NCBI GenBank assembly: GCA_963846575.1 | Contig: CAWJWJ010000002.1 | Coordinates: 1,344,001 to 1,408,000 of the forward strand | Reading direction: 5' to 3' | Length of the DNA: 64,000 nucleotides | Origin: an uncultured Nitrospiraceae bacterium | GTDB lineage: Bacteria > Nitrospirota > Nitrospiria > Nitrospirales > Nitrospiraceae | In this document: positions 1 to 9,108 of the stretch, piece by piece | Position numbering within the stretch: the first letter of the stretch is position 1 | Layout of the letters: each line of letters opens with the position of its first letter | Made by a program: the position numbers and the translations under genes | Notes under the pieces: model-generated | Told to the model about the DNA's origin: nothing | Databases searched by the model: none | What the model saw: only the letters and a program-made list of their open reading frames with translations

Positions 1-107
1 GGATCTTGTGTGTGTCAAGTTTATCGATCAGATATCACAAGGAGGTGAGCCATGATGAATAGCTCGTAAGTGAGTGGAAACTTGTACGTCCCACCGCTCC
101 TTATTTC

Positions 108-147
108 TGTCCCCCAGTGTCCCCTCCTGTCCCCTCGTGTCCCCTCA
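108..147 (+). repeat. Four direct repeats of TGTCCCC with exact 10-bp period
   Basis: tgtcccccag/tgtcccctcc/tgtcccctcg/tgtcccctca at 108, 118, 128, 138. Confidence 0.85.
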
Positions 148-227
148 CAGGGATCTTTCACCAACACGGCCCGCATGCGTATGGTCAGCGCCGTGCAACG
201 CGACGTCATCGTGAGAGAGGAGATGCC

Positions 228-540
228 ATGAGAAGGTTCTGGATCAACCGCCGATCAATTGGCCGCCAAACTGGGCGTGAGTGTGAAGTCCATCCGCCGG
301 GCCTACCGCAAAGGCGAGATTCCCGTCGATCGATTCTGCCGGTTTGTCCGCTTCGATCTGGAACGGGTGAAGGAAGCACTGCAGGCGAATGGGCATTGGC
401 CGTCCTTTGTCGATGCCAAGAGGAAGAAGGGACAGCGCAGCGCGACCGGCGGCGCCAGCCGGCGGCGCGCGCAGCGGACCAGCCCCCGACTTGGTAAGAC
501 GGGGGCGTCTATCGCTACCAAGCCAAGGAGGAAGAAATGA
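228..540 (+). CDS. Excisionase/MerR-like winged HTH DNA-binding protein (apparent +1 frameshift at ~246)
   Basis: RBS GAGGAG, ATG at 228; removing one A at 246 gives MRRFWITADQLAAKLGVSVKSIRRAYRKGEIP...VRFD, a typical HTH_17 pattern. Confidence 0.7.
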
Positions 541-1530
541 CAGGTTCAGGAGGGTTCACTCAGACCATCGATTGGCTGGCCTTCACGCTTCCAAAGGCGG
601 AGGTCGCCGACGTGATTACGATGATTGGTGGCGACTGGTTCCAGAGTGAGACCGGCTTTCGCGGGTATCCCGTGGCCCAACTCATGACGGAAGGTAAGAA
701 CGGGGTCGGCAAACTGGGGACGGGTGCCCCTCGCAATCCAAAGGAAGTGCATGTGGATCTCTCCGCCGGGATTGTCTCCCAGTGGGACGAGACCAAGCTG
801 AAAGCGGTCCTCGCCTGGATCTTCGCGCAGAAAGGCCATGTGACTCGGATCGATGTGGCGCTGGACGACCGGGAGGCCTCTGTCGCCGTGGAGACCGTCC
901 GCCTGGCCGTGGAGGCCGGACAGGTGGTGAGCCGTTCGAAACAATTCAAAGTCATCCAAGCCTCGAATCATCGCGAGGGCGTCCGTACGGGCGAGACGCT
1001 CTACTTTGGCAGTCGCGAAAGTCAAACCATGCTGCGGGTCTACGACAAGCGGCTGGAACTCCAGAGCCAAAGGCCGAGAAGACGCCGGATTGTATGGCGT
1101 CCGATGGGAACTGGAATTCAAACAGGATCGCGCTCAAGCCTGCGCGAAGGCCCTCCTCACGCTCGATCCCGAAGATTGGCGGGCCTTCTTGGTGGGCGTG
1201 CTGCGTTCCTATGTGGATTTCCGAGAGACCACACGAGAGGCGGAATCCTATGAGAAGTATCGAGCGCCGTTGGTGAGTTGGTGGAAAGCCCTCACGGAGG
1301 GCTTCATGCGATGCCGACTGGTCGTCGAACGCATTCAGCAGCGACTGGATGATGTGGCCGCCTGGCTCGCGCAATCCGTCGCCTCGATGCTCGCTGTGGT
1401 CGTGGCGTGCCGAGGCGATCAGTTCCTGAAGGAGCTCATCTATGCCGGCACGCAGAAATGGAAGCAGAAGCACTATGCCCTGCTGAAGGAACGGAGGAGA
1501 GGGACGCCCTATGTCCTTAGAGTTTCATAA
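537..1530 (+). CDS. Rolling-circle replication initiation factor (Rep_trans family), split by a +1 frameshift at ~1068
   Basis: Motifs IDWLAFT, TRIDVALDD, GETLYFGSRES, LRVYDK in ORF 537..1253 continue as KGREDAGLYGVRWELEFK in the other frame. Confidence 0.85.
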
Positions 1531-1697
1531 CGGAGCGTGGCAACGGATGTGTCCGGGCTGTGGCACGCGAGGCTGTCGGTGCAAGTGGAGAACAGGGCGC
1601 CCTGTATCTGAGCTGTCGGGCATGCGATTCGGAATTCTGTTATGCGACCAATAGCCCGGTCCGAAGGCCGGGGCGTGTGGGTCAGGCGCTTGGCTGA
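1511..1697 (+). CDS. Small Zn-ribbon-like phage protein (apparent +1 frameshift at ~1568)
   Basis: MSLEFHNGAWQRMCPGCGT then, one base shifted, EAVGASGEQGALYLSCRACDSEFCY...; paired CxxC motifs and a purine-rich RBS. Confidence 0.5.
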
Positions 1698-1732
1698 CCC
1701 GGATTGTGTTCATCACTGGAGGAGGGACGACG

Positions 1733-1996
1733 ATGCAAGTCAAAGCGGAGGGAGCGGTACAGGGGTATGTGGAACGGAGGAGCCGGGAAGGCAAGGTCTA
1801 CCGATCGGTGGATTTTTATGTGAAGGGCAAAGATCCGGGGGTGCTGCGTTTGGGGATTCCGGACGATCAGATGCCGTTGATCGAGGTCTGCAAGCAAGCC
1901 GAGGGCAAGCAAGCGCAAGTCTCGATCGAAGTGCGGAAGTTCGAACAGACCGGACGGGTCTTCTTCGACCTGTACGGATTGGAAGTCTTGAAGTAA
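1733..1996 (+). CDS. Putative ssDNA-binding protein (pV-like)
   Basis: 87 aa, beta-rich and basic, strong RBS GGAGGAGG, positioned after rep as in inoviruses. Confidence 0.65.
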   Translation: MQVKAEGAVQGYVERRSREGKVYRSVDFYVKGKDPGVLRLGIPDDQMPLIEVCKQAEGKQAQVSIEVRKFEQTGRVFFDLYGLEVLK

Positions 1997-2016
1997 CGGC
2001 AGAGGGAGGAAGGCCG

Positions 2017-2091
2017 GTGGATCTCACCATTATTCTCGTGGCGGTCTTGTTACTGGCCTTCCTCCTGGGCCTCGGAGTCGGACGGATATGA
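2017..2091 (+). CDS. 24-aa hydrophobic minor virion protein (pVII/pIX-like)
   Basis: RBS GGAGGA, GTG start, MDLTIILVAVLLLAFLLGLGVGRI, stop overlaps the next ATG (ATGA). Confidence 0.6.
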   Translation: MDLTIILVAVLLLAFLLGLGVGRI

Positions 2092-3357
2092 AGCTGATCT
2101 CGTTGACAGGGTATCTCGGGCTCATCTGGAGCCTTGCTCGTGTCCCTGTGCGTCTGCGCCGGGTGAATCCGTGGCGCAGACCCGACCCAGTATGCGCGGG
2201 TGGTCGCTCAAGCCGAACGCATTGCCTATCTGGCCGCGCAACGGTCCGCCTTGGCGGGTCAGGTGGCCTCGGCTGCAGTGGCTCCCTCGGCCGCCTCGTT
2301 GGCCGTCCGCATGGTCGCCGGTCCGGTGGGTTGGGCCGCACTCGGTGTGGGCGCGGGATTGGTCCTGGCTCAGATGTACTATTCACAATCCGACCTGTCG
2401 GCCATCAAATCGGCGGCCTCGACGCCGGGTGGCTGGCAAGTCACCAGCAGCAATGCCGGCATCCAGACCTTTCCGGGCCTGGGGACCAATACGCCCGGCA
2501 ATCCCAGTTATCCCAACGCGAGCATTCAATTCAGCACGACCAATGTCCCGCTCTGTGCGGTCGATTCAGAGTATCAGCATGATTGGATGGTCGGACCCTT
2601 TCAGAGCGTCAGCACGGCCGTGTACTTCTCCGGCAATTTCTTCGTCAACGGCCCGCCGGTGGGAGGACACAGCCTGTATGTCTGCCACCGAAAAGGCATC
2701 CCGGGTGAGCCCGCTCCGTTGCAAGACGCCTCCACTCCGCCGACGCAGCAGCAGGCGGCCAACTATGTGGCGGCACTGCCGGCGAGTGATCCGAAGTCCA
2801 TCGAAGCCCATACGAATCCGGTCGGGACCACCGGCACGACCCAACCGGCGGACAATACGGTCTCGCAGCCCGTCTCGCCGAGTGAGATGCCGACCACGGT
2901 CAAACCGAAGCCGGTGCCTGCCGGAGACATCATCGTGGTGGACAACGTCCCGCCACCGGCCAGTACGCCGCAGCAAAACACCCAGCAGCAGACGACGACC
3001 ACGACGACCACGACGACCCAGAATCCAGACGGCTCGACGACGCAACAGGAAGAGACGCAGGCCACCACGTCCTGTACGGCCGGCACGCATGAGAACCGGA
3101 CCTTCGGAACGGTGCTGCAAGCGCATCAGACGATCTGGGCCACGAGCGGACTGCTCAGTACGCTGAATCTGCTGAAGTCCCTGACCTGGCCCTCGACCTT
3201 GCCGGTGATTGCGCTGCCCTCGGCCTTCTTCGGCAGCCAGCAGGTGGACTTCAATCAATGGGCCTGGTTCTTCACCGTGCTCCGGACATTGGTCATTGCG
3301 GCGGCTTCCATTGCGGCGTACCGCATCATCTTTGTGGGAGGTCAGACGAGCACATGA
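2088..3357 (+). CDS. pIII-like adsorption protein; N-terminal signal region disrupted by indels at 2130-2190
   Basis: Signal-like start MKLISLTGYLGLIWS, main frame 2200..3357 with Cys pair, Pro/Thr-rich linker (QQQTTTTTTTTTQNPDGS) and C-terminal TM anchor ending AAYRIIFVG. Confidence 0.75.
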
Positions 3358-3629
3358 CCGCCATTCTGACCCTGATCTATTGCTGGCTGCAGGAGTTCTT
3401 CTTCTCGCTCACGGATTGGGGACTCGGCATCTGGGATTCCCTGCTCTCCGTGGCGGACAGCACGCTCGCGACCCTCGGCACGGCAGGCCTCACCCTGCCG
3501 GTCATTCCCGATCAGTACGCGTGGGTGCTGGGCGCGACGGGCATGAGTCAGGCGCTGGCCATCGTGGCGAGCGCCATGGGGACACGATTCATTCTCCAAA
3601 CCATTCCATTCGTGCGGTGGGGCTCATGA
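3354..3629 (+). CDS. pVI-like minor coat protein (DUF2523-like)
   Basis: 91 aa hydrophobic protein ending IPFVRWGS, between pIII and zot, ATGA coupling. Confidence 0.7.
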   Translation: MTAILTLIYCWLQEFFFSLTDWGLGIWDSLLSVADSTLATLGTAGLTLPVIPDQYAWVLGATGMSQALAIVASAMGTRFILQTIPFVRWGS

Positions 3630-3712
3630 ACCAGCTCGTCATGGGCTGGGCCTATGCCTGGACCGTCGTCTTAGCGCTGTGGATCTGGGTCTATGTCAGG
3701 AGTCTCCGATGA
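3626..3712 (+). CDS. 28-aa single-TM phage protein
   Basis: MNQLVMGWAYAWTVVLALWIWVYVRSLR, ATGA overlaps on both sides. Confidence 0.55.
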   Translation: MNQLVMGWAYAWTVVLALWIWVYVRSLR

Positions 3713-4715
3713 TCGAACTGTATGAAGGCGTGCCGGGCTCGGGCAAGTCCTATCACGCGATCTGTGAGAAGTTCCTGCCCTGGGTGCGGCAAGGCCGGCG
3801 ACTCTATATCGCGGTCGATGGGATCTATCTGGATCGGCTGGCGCTGTTCACCGGCATCGAACTCGACACGCTCGAACAACAGATCACGATCTGGAAAGAC
3901 TCCGTCGAAGTCCTGCAGGCTTTTCCGCACGTCGAACCGGGTTCAGCCGTCATCATCGACGAAGCCCAGACCGTCTTTCGGTCCATGCAGAAGGTCGAAC
4001 CGGGACTCCTGCGCTGGCTCGAAACCCATCGGCATTACGGCGTGGATATTCTGCTCATGAGTCAGGATTTTCGCCAGATGTCGCAAGGTGTCACCCGGCT
4101 GATCGAAGCCACGGTGAAGTTTCGCAAGCTGGCCTTTGTCGGGCTCGCGAAGAAGTACCAGGGCAAGGTGCGGGGGAATCCCGAAGACCACGAGACCATC
4201 CGGGCCTTCGTCGGGACCTACTCGCCGGCGATCTACGCCTACTATTCGAGTTATGCGTCGGCGGCGATCCGAGAAGAGAAGCGCAGCCATACGGTCTTCA
4301 AGTCGGCGCGGGTCGCGATCGGCATTGCCGCTGGGCTGTTTGCCATTGGCCTCATGGTCTGGCGGCCCTGGTCGTCATTAAGCAGCACCAAGGGAATGCC
4401 GGCAACGAGCGTGAGTAGCGCTGCGACTTTGTCTTCGCTCCATCTGCATCGGCGCCGGGCAGTCTCGTGAATCCCTTGGGCGCTTCCGCTCCCTCAGTGG
4501 CCACACCGTCACCTCCCAAACGACCAGTGCGCATTCTGGGCGGCGCCGGCATGTCGTCGAATCGGCAAGGCTGGCGCTATCTCTTGGACAGCGGCGAGAT
4601 CCTCACGGCGGCTCAGATCACCGGCCGGTATGGCGTCGTCGTGTCGGAAGTCTATGAGGAGGGATCGATGCGGCTCATCGGCGAAGGAGTGTTCTATGGA
4701 CCAGCCGGCGATTGA
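3709..4715 (+). CDS. Zot-like/pI morphogenesis ATPase; apparent -1 frameshift at ~4440 separates the C-terminal domain
   Basis: Walker A GVPGSGKS, Walker B IIDEAQ, HRHYGVDILLMSQ motif, TM segment; adding one C at ctc-cca joins ORF 4467..4715. Confidence 0.9.
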
Positions 4716-4908
4716 GATGATGACCTACTTCACGGCGATCTTCTGGCTCGGCGGGTTTGCCGTCGGTCTGATTATCAAACTGATTCTGCCTCAGAGCTCA
4801 CTGAGGCACTCGTCCGCCGGCGAGGATTCCGGCGGCGTGGGTGGACGTGACCACCAACAGCACAAGGAGGTGCGGTATGAAGGGATGGGGTTGGGTGAAG
4901 GGGCTTAG
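4696..4908 (+). CDS. Small TM phage protein (3' end uncertain)
   Basis: RBS AAGGAG, MDQPAIEMMTYFTAIFWLGGFAVGLIIKLILP; the tail overlaps the coat gene start, so the true stop may be earlier. Confidence 0.5.
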   Translation: MDQPAIEMMTYFTAIFWLGGFAVGLIIKLILPQSSLRHSSAGEDSGGVGGRDHQQHKEVRYEGMGLGEGA

Positions 4909-5089
4909 GGGCTTGCTCATGGCGTTCGTGTTCGCCCTGGGCGTCCCGGCGCTGTCGCAGGCGCAGTTGTTTCCGGTGTCGGCGGATGTGGCCACGGTGC
5001 GGGCCGATCTGCTCTTGTGGGCCACGGCCCTGATTGGCGTGGCGTTGGCGATCTACGCCTTTAAGCGCGTGCGCGCGATTGTGGGCTAG
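4877..5089 (+). CDS. Major coat protein (pVIII-like) with signal peptide
   Basis: RBS AAGGAGGT; 70 aa, signal ending SQA, amphipathic segment, TM helix, basic C-terminus FKRVRAIVG; followed by a terminator. Confidence 0.8.
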   Translation: MKGWGWVKGLRGLLMAFVFALGVPALSQAQLFPVSADVATVRADLLLWATALIGVALAIYAFKRVRAIVG

Positions 5090-5102
5090 GTAAGAGCCCA
5101 TC

Positions 5103-5134
5103 GAGGCAGGCTGGCAGCAGCCTGCCTCCTTTTT
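5103..5134 (+). terminator. Rho-independent terminator after the major coat gene
   Basis: GAGGCAGGCTG-gcag-CAGCCTGCCTC 11-bp stem followed by cTTTTT. Confidence 0.85.
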
Positions 5135-5178
5135 CAGCACAGGACAGATCAGGATGGGACCGACAAAGGAGTGCACGG

Positions 5179-5307
5179 ATGACGGCGCAACAGATTCAAA
5201 ATATCGGCAACGCGTTGGCCACCGACCTGGTCGCCTGGGGCACGGCGGCGATCGGCCTCGCATTGGTAGCCGCCGGAGCGGCCTGGGTGTTGCGGCTGCT
5301 GCGCTAG
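5179..5307 (+). CDS. 42-aa leaderless paralog of the major coat protein
   Basis: RBS AAAGGAG; MTAQQIQNIGNALATDLVAWGTAAIGLALVAAGAAWVLRLLR; TDLVAWGTAAIGLAL aligns with ADLLLWATALIGVAL of the coat protein. Confidence 0.7.
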   Translation: MTAQQIQNIGNALATDLVAWGTAAIGLALVAAGAAWVLRLLR

Positions 5308-5807
5308 GCGCCGGGCCAGCCCTGGTCGGCGAAGCTGTAGTAGCGGTCGTCAGCGAGGATGAGATGGTCCAGCAGCGGAATGCCGAACAGATCAGCCGCT
5401 TCGCGCAGCCGTTTGGTCAGGACGCCATCTTCCGGGCTAGGGGTGGTATCGCCGGAGGGATGATTGTGCGCGCAAATCCAGGCGCCGGCATTCATGAGGA
5501 TCAGGGGTTTGAAGACTTCACGGGGATGGACAATGGCCAAGGTGAGCGACCCGGTCGAGACGACATTGATGCCGATGACCCCATGCTTCGCATCGAGGCC
5601 GCAGACCAGGAACTGTTCCCGGTCCAGACCGGCAAACAAGGGCCGGAGGATCGCAGCGGCGCCTTCCGACGTATGCACCGACTCCGCAGCCGGAATGGCA
5701 CGGCCCTCGCGCACGAGCGTGACACGGTACCGAGGGACTCCGTATTTCCGAATCGGGCTCAGTGGCCGTACACCGTTCGAGGAACCGAGAGAGCTATCAA
5801 CGGACAT
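5304..5807 (-). CDS. RadC-like JAB domain protein
   Basis: REQFLVCGLD, VHPREVFK, AHNHPSGDTTPSPED, LLDHLIL; RBS AAGGAGG before ATG at 5807. Confidence 0.9.
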   Translation of the reverse strand: MSVDSSLGSSNGVRPLSPIRKYGVPRYRVTLVREGRAIPAAESVHTSEGAAAILRPLFAGLDREQFLVCGLDAKHGVIGINVVSTGSLTLAIVHPREVFKPLILMNAGAWICAHNHPSGDTTPSPEDGVLTKRLREAADLFGIPLLDHLILADDRYYSFADQGWPGA

Positions 5808-5834
5808 GTGCGCCTCCTTCTTCATTTCTATGTA

Positions 5835-5864
5835 GCCCCACCCTTCACAAACCGAGGGTGGGGC
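5835..5864. other. 10-bp stem hairpin in the radC-xis intergenic region
   Basis: GCCCCACCCT-tcacaaaccg-AGGGTGGGGC. Confidence 0.6.
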
Positions 5865-6068
5865 GTAGAAGAAGAGGCGGCACGGGGCTCTCGCAGCGGG
5901 CAGGCCTGGAGGGGCGGAGACCGGCACGGAGGGGACCGGGAAGGCCTAGCCTGCTGCTCCCTGGCACCGGGCCGCACCCGCATGGAGGTGGATGCATCGA
6001 GGAAATTCGGCGGCAACAAGGGGCTACTTGTCTGTTCATATTTGTGCTGAAAAGGGTGTGAGAAAACC

Positions 6069-6287
6069 ATGAGCAAGCTTTTGACAATGGATGAGGCATC
6101 GGAGTATCTAGGCATATCAAAATTGACTCTCTATGGCTGGGTGTCTGCCCGGAAGCTTGGTTTCGTGAAAGTCGGACGCCTCGTTAGATTCAAACAGGAA
6201 CACCTCGACAAGTGGATCGATCAACACACGGTCAAGGCGCGAGTAGAGACGCAGAAGTTTTTTGACTGTGGGTCACAGCAAAGATAG
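6069..6287 (+). CDS. Excisionase family HTH protein
   Basis: LLTMDEASEYLGISKLTLYGWV...KVGRLVRF, directly upstream of the integrase. Confidence 0.85.
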   Translation: MSKLLTMDEASEYLGISKLTLYGWVSARKLGFVKVGRLVRFKQEHLDKWIDQHTVKARVETQKFFDCGSQQR

Positions 6288-6332
6288 GGGTGGCCTAGCT
6301 CAGGGCAGATTAATACGAGCAGGAGTAGAAAA

Positions 6333-7442
6333 GTGGGACTGACCAAGCGACGTAACAGCTACTATGTAGAGTTTCGGGTGCTTACTTCAGAGGATGGGAA
6401 GTCGTACAGGCTTGCCTCTGAGGTACACGGCGCGAGGCTTAAACGATGGAAGGTGGGTTGCCTTAACAAGCAGGTAGCGCGAGAGATGGAAGCTGCCATC
6501 AGGATGAATCTCCTCTTGGGCAAGGTTCTGACAGCAGAAGCTCGGCCTGTTCTGTTTTCTGAGTGGGCTACTACTTATCTGAACCTGGAGGAAGTGAAGG
6601 CTCTGCGGTCGTATCGAGATCGATCAGACAGAGTAAGCAAGCAGTTAGTTCCGTATTTCGGTGGCGTGATCCTGGGTGAGATCAGACCACAGGATGTGGA
6701 GTCCTTCAGAAGCCAGAGAGTCAGGAAGGATGGAAGGGCAGCCAGTCTACAGACCATCAACCACGACCATGTGGCGTTGAAGCATTGCCTAAACGTGGCC
6801 ATTCGGCGGGGGCTCTTGAATAGCAATCCCGCGAGCAAGGTTCCAATACCCAATCCGCAGAACGAACGCGACAGGGTGCTAGGGGTCGAGGAGTGGGATA
6901 GGCTATATCAAACGGCGAAGCCACATCTTCAGCCAGTCATGCTCTTGGCATATCAGCTTGGGCAACGGTTCAGGGAGATCATCGAATTGACTTGGGACCG
7001 GATTGACTTAAGGCGAGGATTCATCCTTCTGAGGTCTATTGACACAAAAACCAAGCAGCGTAGGGAAGTCCCTATGACTCCAGCGGTCAGGACTATGCTT
7101 CAAAAGCTGGCGAAGGTGCGGAGACTTGAAACGAATCGGGTCTTTCTGTACAAGGGCAAGCCGCTGGGTCGGGTGTCTAGAGCGTTCAAGAGCGCTCTCA
7201 AGGAAGCAGGTCTATCAGACTTCAAGTTCCATGACCTTCGACACTGCGCCTCCACCAACCTTAGAAGGGCAGGGGTGGACACAGCAACCGCCATGCGGAT
7301 AGTTGGTCATAAATCTGAGAAGATGTGGAAACGGTATAACGCTATTGAGGAACGGGACTTGACGCAAGCAGCGGAAAAGCTCGATAAGTTCCTGGCAACT
7401 AACACCCTAATAACACCTGGGCAAAGCTCTCTTGGGTCATAG
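6333..7442 (+). CDS. Tyrosine recombinase/integrase
   Basis: GQRFREI (catalytic R), TKTK, FHDLRH, VGHKSEKMWKRY (H, Y). Confidence 0.92.
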   Translation: MGLTKRRNSYYVEFRVLTSEDGKSYRLASEVHGARLKRWKVGCLNKQVAREMEAAIRMNLLLGKVLTAEARPVLFSEWATTYLNLEEVKALRSYRDRSDRVSKQLVPYFGGVILGEIRPQDVESFRSQRVRKDGRAASLQTINHDHVALKHCLNVAIRRGLLNSNPASKVPIPNPQNERDRVLGVEEWDRLYQTAKPHLQPVMLLAYQLGQRFREIIELTWDRIDLRRGFILLRSIDTKTKQRREVPMTPAVRTMLQKLAKVRRLETNRVFLYKGKPLGRVSRAFKSALKEAGLSDFKFHDLRHCASTNLRRAGVDTATAMRIVGHKSEKMWKRYNAIEERDLTQAAEKLDKFLATNTLITPGQSSLGS

Positions 7443-7447
7443 AGTAT

Positions 7448-7460
7448 TAACTAATTGATA
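7448..7460 (-). promoter_or_regulatory. IHF consensus site in the att region
   Basis: Reverse strand TATCAATTAGTTA matches WATCAANNNNTTR exactly. Confidence 0.6.
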
Positions 7461-7469
7461 AATCAGGTT

Positions 7470-7546
<77 letters not shown>

Positions 7547-7844
7547 TACACTCATGAAGTCATAGTTCACCAACGATATCTAAATAGCTTGTCAAAGTAC
7601 TGTAACAACCAGATCTCAGGAATAGACGCCGCGTTTCCGCCTCCCTCACCCACCCACCGCCTGTCCCCCTGATGTGATCACGCATTTATGACAAGTGCTC
7701 TGCAGATATCTACGTGACTTGTGGACTGTGATCGATCAGCTTACCATGAGTATGTAAGAAGGTTCGTCTTTCAGGCACCCTCATTGCCTGAACGCGTGCG
7801 CAGCAAGATACGGGAAATCATGGAGCCGCCACTGGAGGATTGAA

Positions 7845-7994
7845 TTGGAGCCACAAGCGATCGAGTTATCTCCACTCACGTTGAACGAGTTGCAAGACAT
7901 GTTAGCGAGACATGCCGATAATGCGCCGATCAAGATGGTCATCGAAGATGCAATGAAACGTCGGCTCTCGGATAGGCCGAACGTCCCCTCCTGA
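7845..7994 (+). CDS. Possible 49-aa hypothetical protein
   Basis: GGAGGA RBS, TTG start, helical-looking sequence LEPQAIELSPLTLNELQDMLARHADNAPIK... Confidence 0.35.
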   Translation: MEPQAIELSPLTLNELQDMLARHADNAPIKMVIEDAMKRRLSDRPNVPS

Positions 7995-8083
7995 TTGCTC
8001 ACTCTGTCAATACACCATCCACTTCCAGACGCGGGCGATGTGCTCCCAATAGGGCTTCCTGCTGACCTGGGAAAGGAACATTC

Positions 8084-8263
8084 ATGCAGCTGTGGTTTTA
8101 TCAAAATCAGTACCGGAACATGGATCGCATTGTTCGCATACTTCAAGCGGATGATGTGCACACCATTGTTTGGATGAACGAACTGAATAAAGTTGAGAAG
8201 CTCGATCTCCGTCCTGAAGAATGGGCGGAGTTCCATCGTGACTTTATTGGAAGCGAACCCTGA
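8084..8263 (+). CDS. 59-aa hypothetical protein
   Basis: RBS AAAGGA; MQLWFYQNQYRNMDRIVRILQADDVHTIVWMNELNKVEKLDLRPEEWAEFHRDFIGSEP. Confidence 0.5.
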   Translation: MQLWFYQNQYRNMDRIVRILQADDVHTIVWMNELNKVEKLDLRPEEWAEFHRDFIGSEP

Positions 8264-8357
8264 CCTGGTGTTAAGAACGCGATAGTGTTTGGCAGAAATC
8301 TCTCCCGACGGCACAGCTTCTGCCCTGCGCACCTGTAACCAGCATGGAGCAGCATCA

Positions 8358-8687
8358 ATGAGCCTTCCAGTTCAGATAAAAAAGATCGTCGGAGTGTTGT
8401 TAGATGATGGTGATTGGCACGAGGTGCGCCCCGGTAGTATGGCGGTCAACAAGTTTGAGTTGGCCGACGGAGACGACACGCTCATCAGAGGTGGTTCTAT
8501 CCCGGGCGTCTCGAGTACAGGAATGGTGTTTCAAGAAAATGAGGGAGGCAGGATGATTGCCTGCCCCATCACGTCAGTGAAGGCCGTTCGCTATCGAGCT
8601 GAGGATCCACTCCTGTCGGCTGTTCATTCCGCTGCTCTTGTTGATATCCTCCCTCGGGAAGCAATCATTTCTGCTCAGGAGGTGTAA
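8358..8687 (+). CDS. Hypothetical protein
   Basis: RBS GGAG, globular beta-rich sequence. Confidence 0.55.
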   Translation: MSLPVQIKKIVGVLLDDGDWHEVRPGSMAVNKFELADGDDTLIRGGSIPGVSSTGMVFQENEGGRMIACPITSVKAVRYRAEDPLLSAVHSAALVDILPREAIISAQEV

Positions 8688-9108
8688 TCGCACCCGGCCA
8701 TTCATCTTCATTTTGCGATTTGCTTCCAGGACGGCTGCACAGGCAGGAACGAATCATCGCTGTGCCTGCCGCTGTGCCGCGGGCTTGGAATCCAGGATAT
8801 CTGTTTCAAGAAGGGCATCTCGGAGGAGGGTCGATAACATCGACCTTGTTCCTGCTCCGCCACCCGGCTTGTCCCTGCGTCGTGTTTGCCTCACGTTTTC
8901 GTGGGCCATCGACTCTAGCCGTAGCAACTACCACCTTGTCCCCCCGTATGTTTCCCCGAGCGTAGTTGTTCTTACTTGCCCTCCGCTCCCGGTCCCAGTG
9001 AGCACCTTGTTCTCCAATGGTTTAATCGTTATCCTTAACTTCAATAGTTATTAGTCATATTCGTGTCCGGTGAATCGTGCGGACGCACCCTAACGTGCTT
9101 TTCTGGCC

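Noticed and set aside
108..147. CRISPR array
   Set aside because: Units are only 10 bp with no spacers; no cas genes or CRISPR-like array seen anywhere in the window
2983..3020. ACG/ACC and CAG runs as a phase-variable repeat
   Set aside because: In-frame mixed triplets encoding a Gln/Thr linker; they would not switch the frame
3709..4715. Zot as a virulence toxin
   Set aside because: Context shows it is the phage assembly ATPase; no evidence for the Vibrio enterotoxic fragment
5154..6050. 298-aa plus-strand ORF
   Set aside because: Antisense shadow of radC; overlaps the better-supported 42-aa coat paralog
7603..7610. TAACAACC as a second integrase arm site downstream of the tRNA
   Set aside because: Single imperfect match, too short to support
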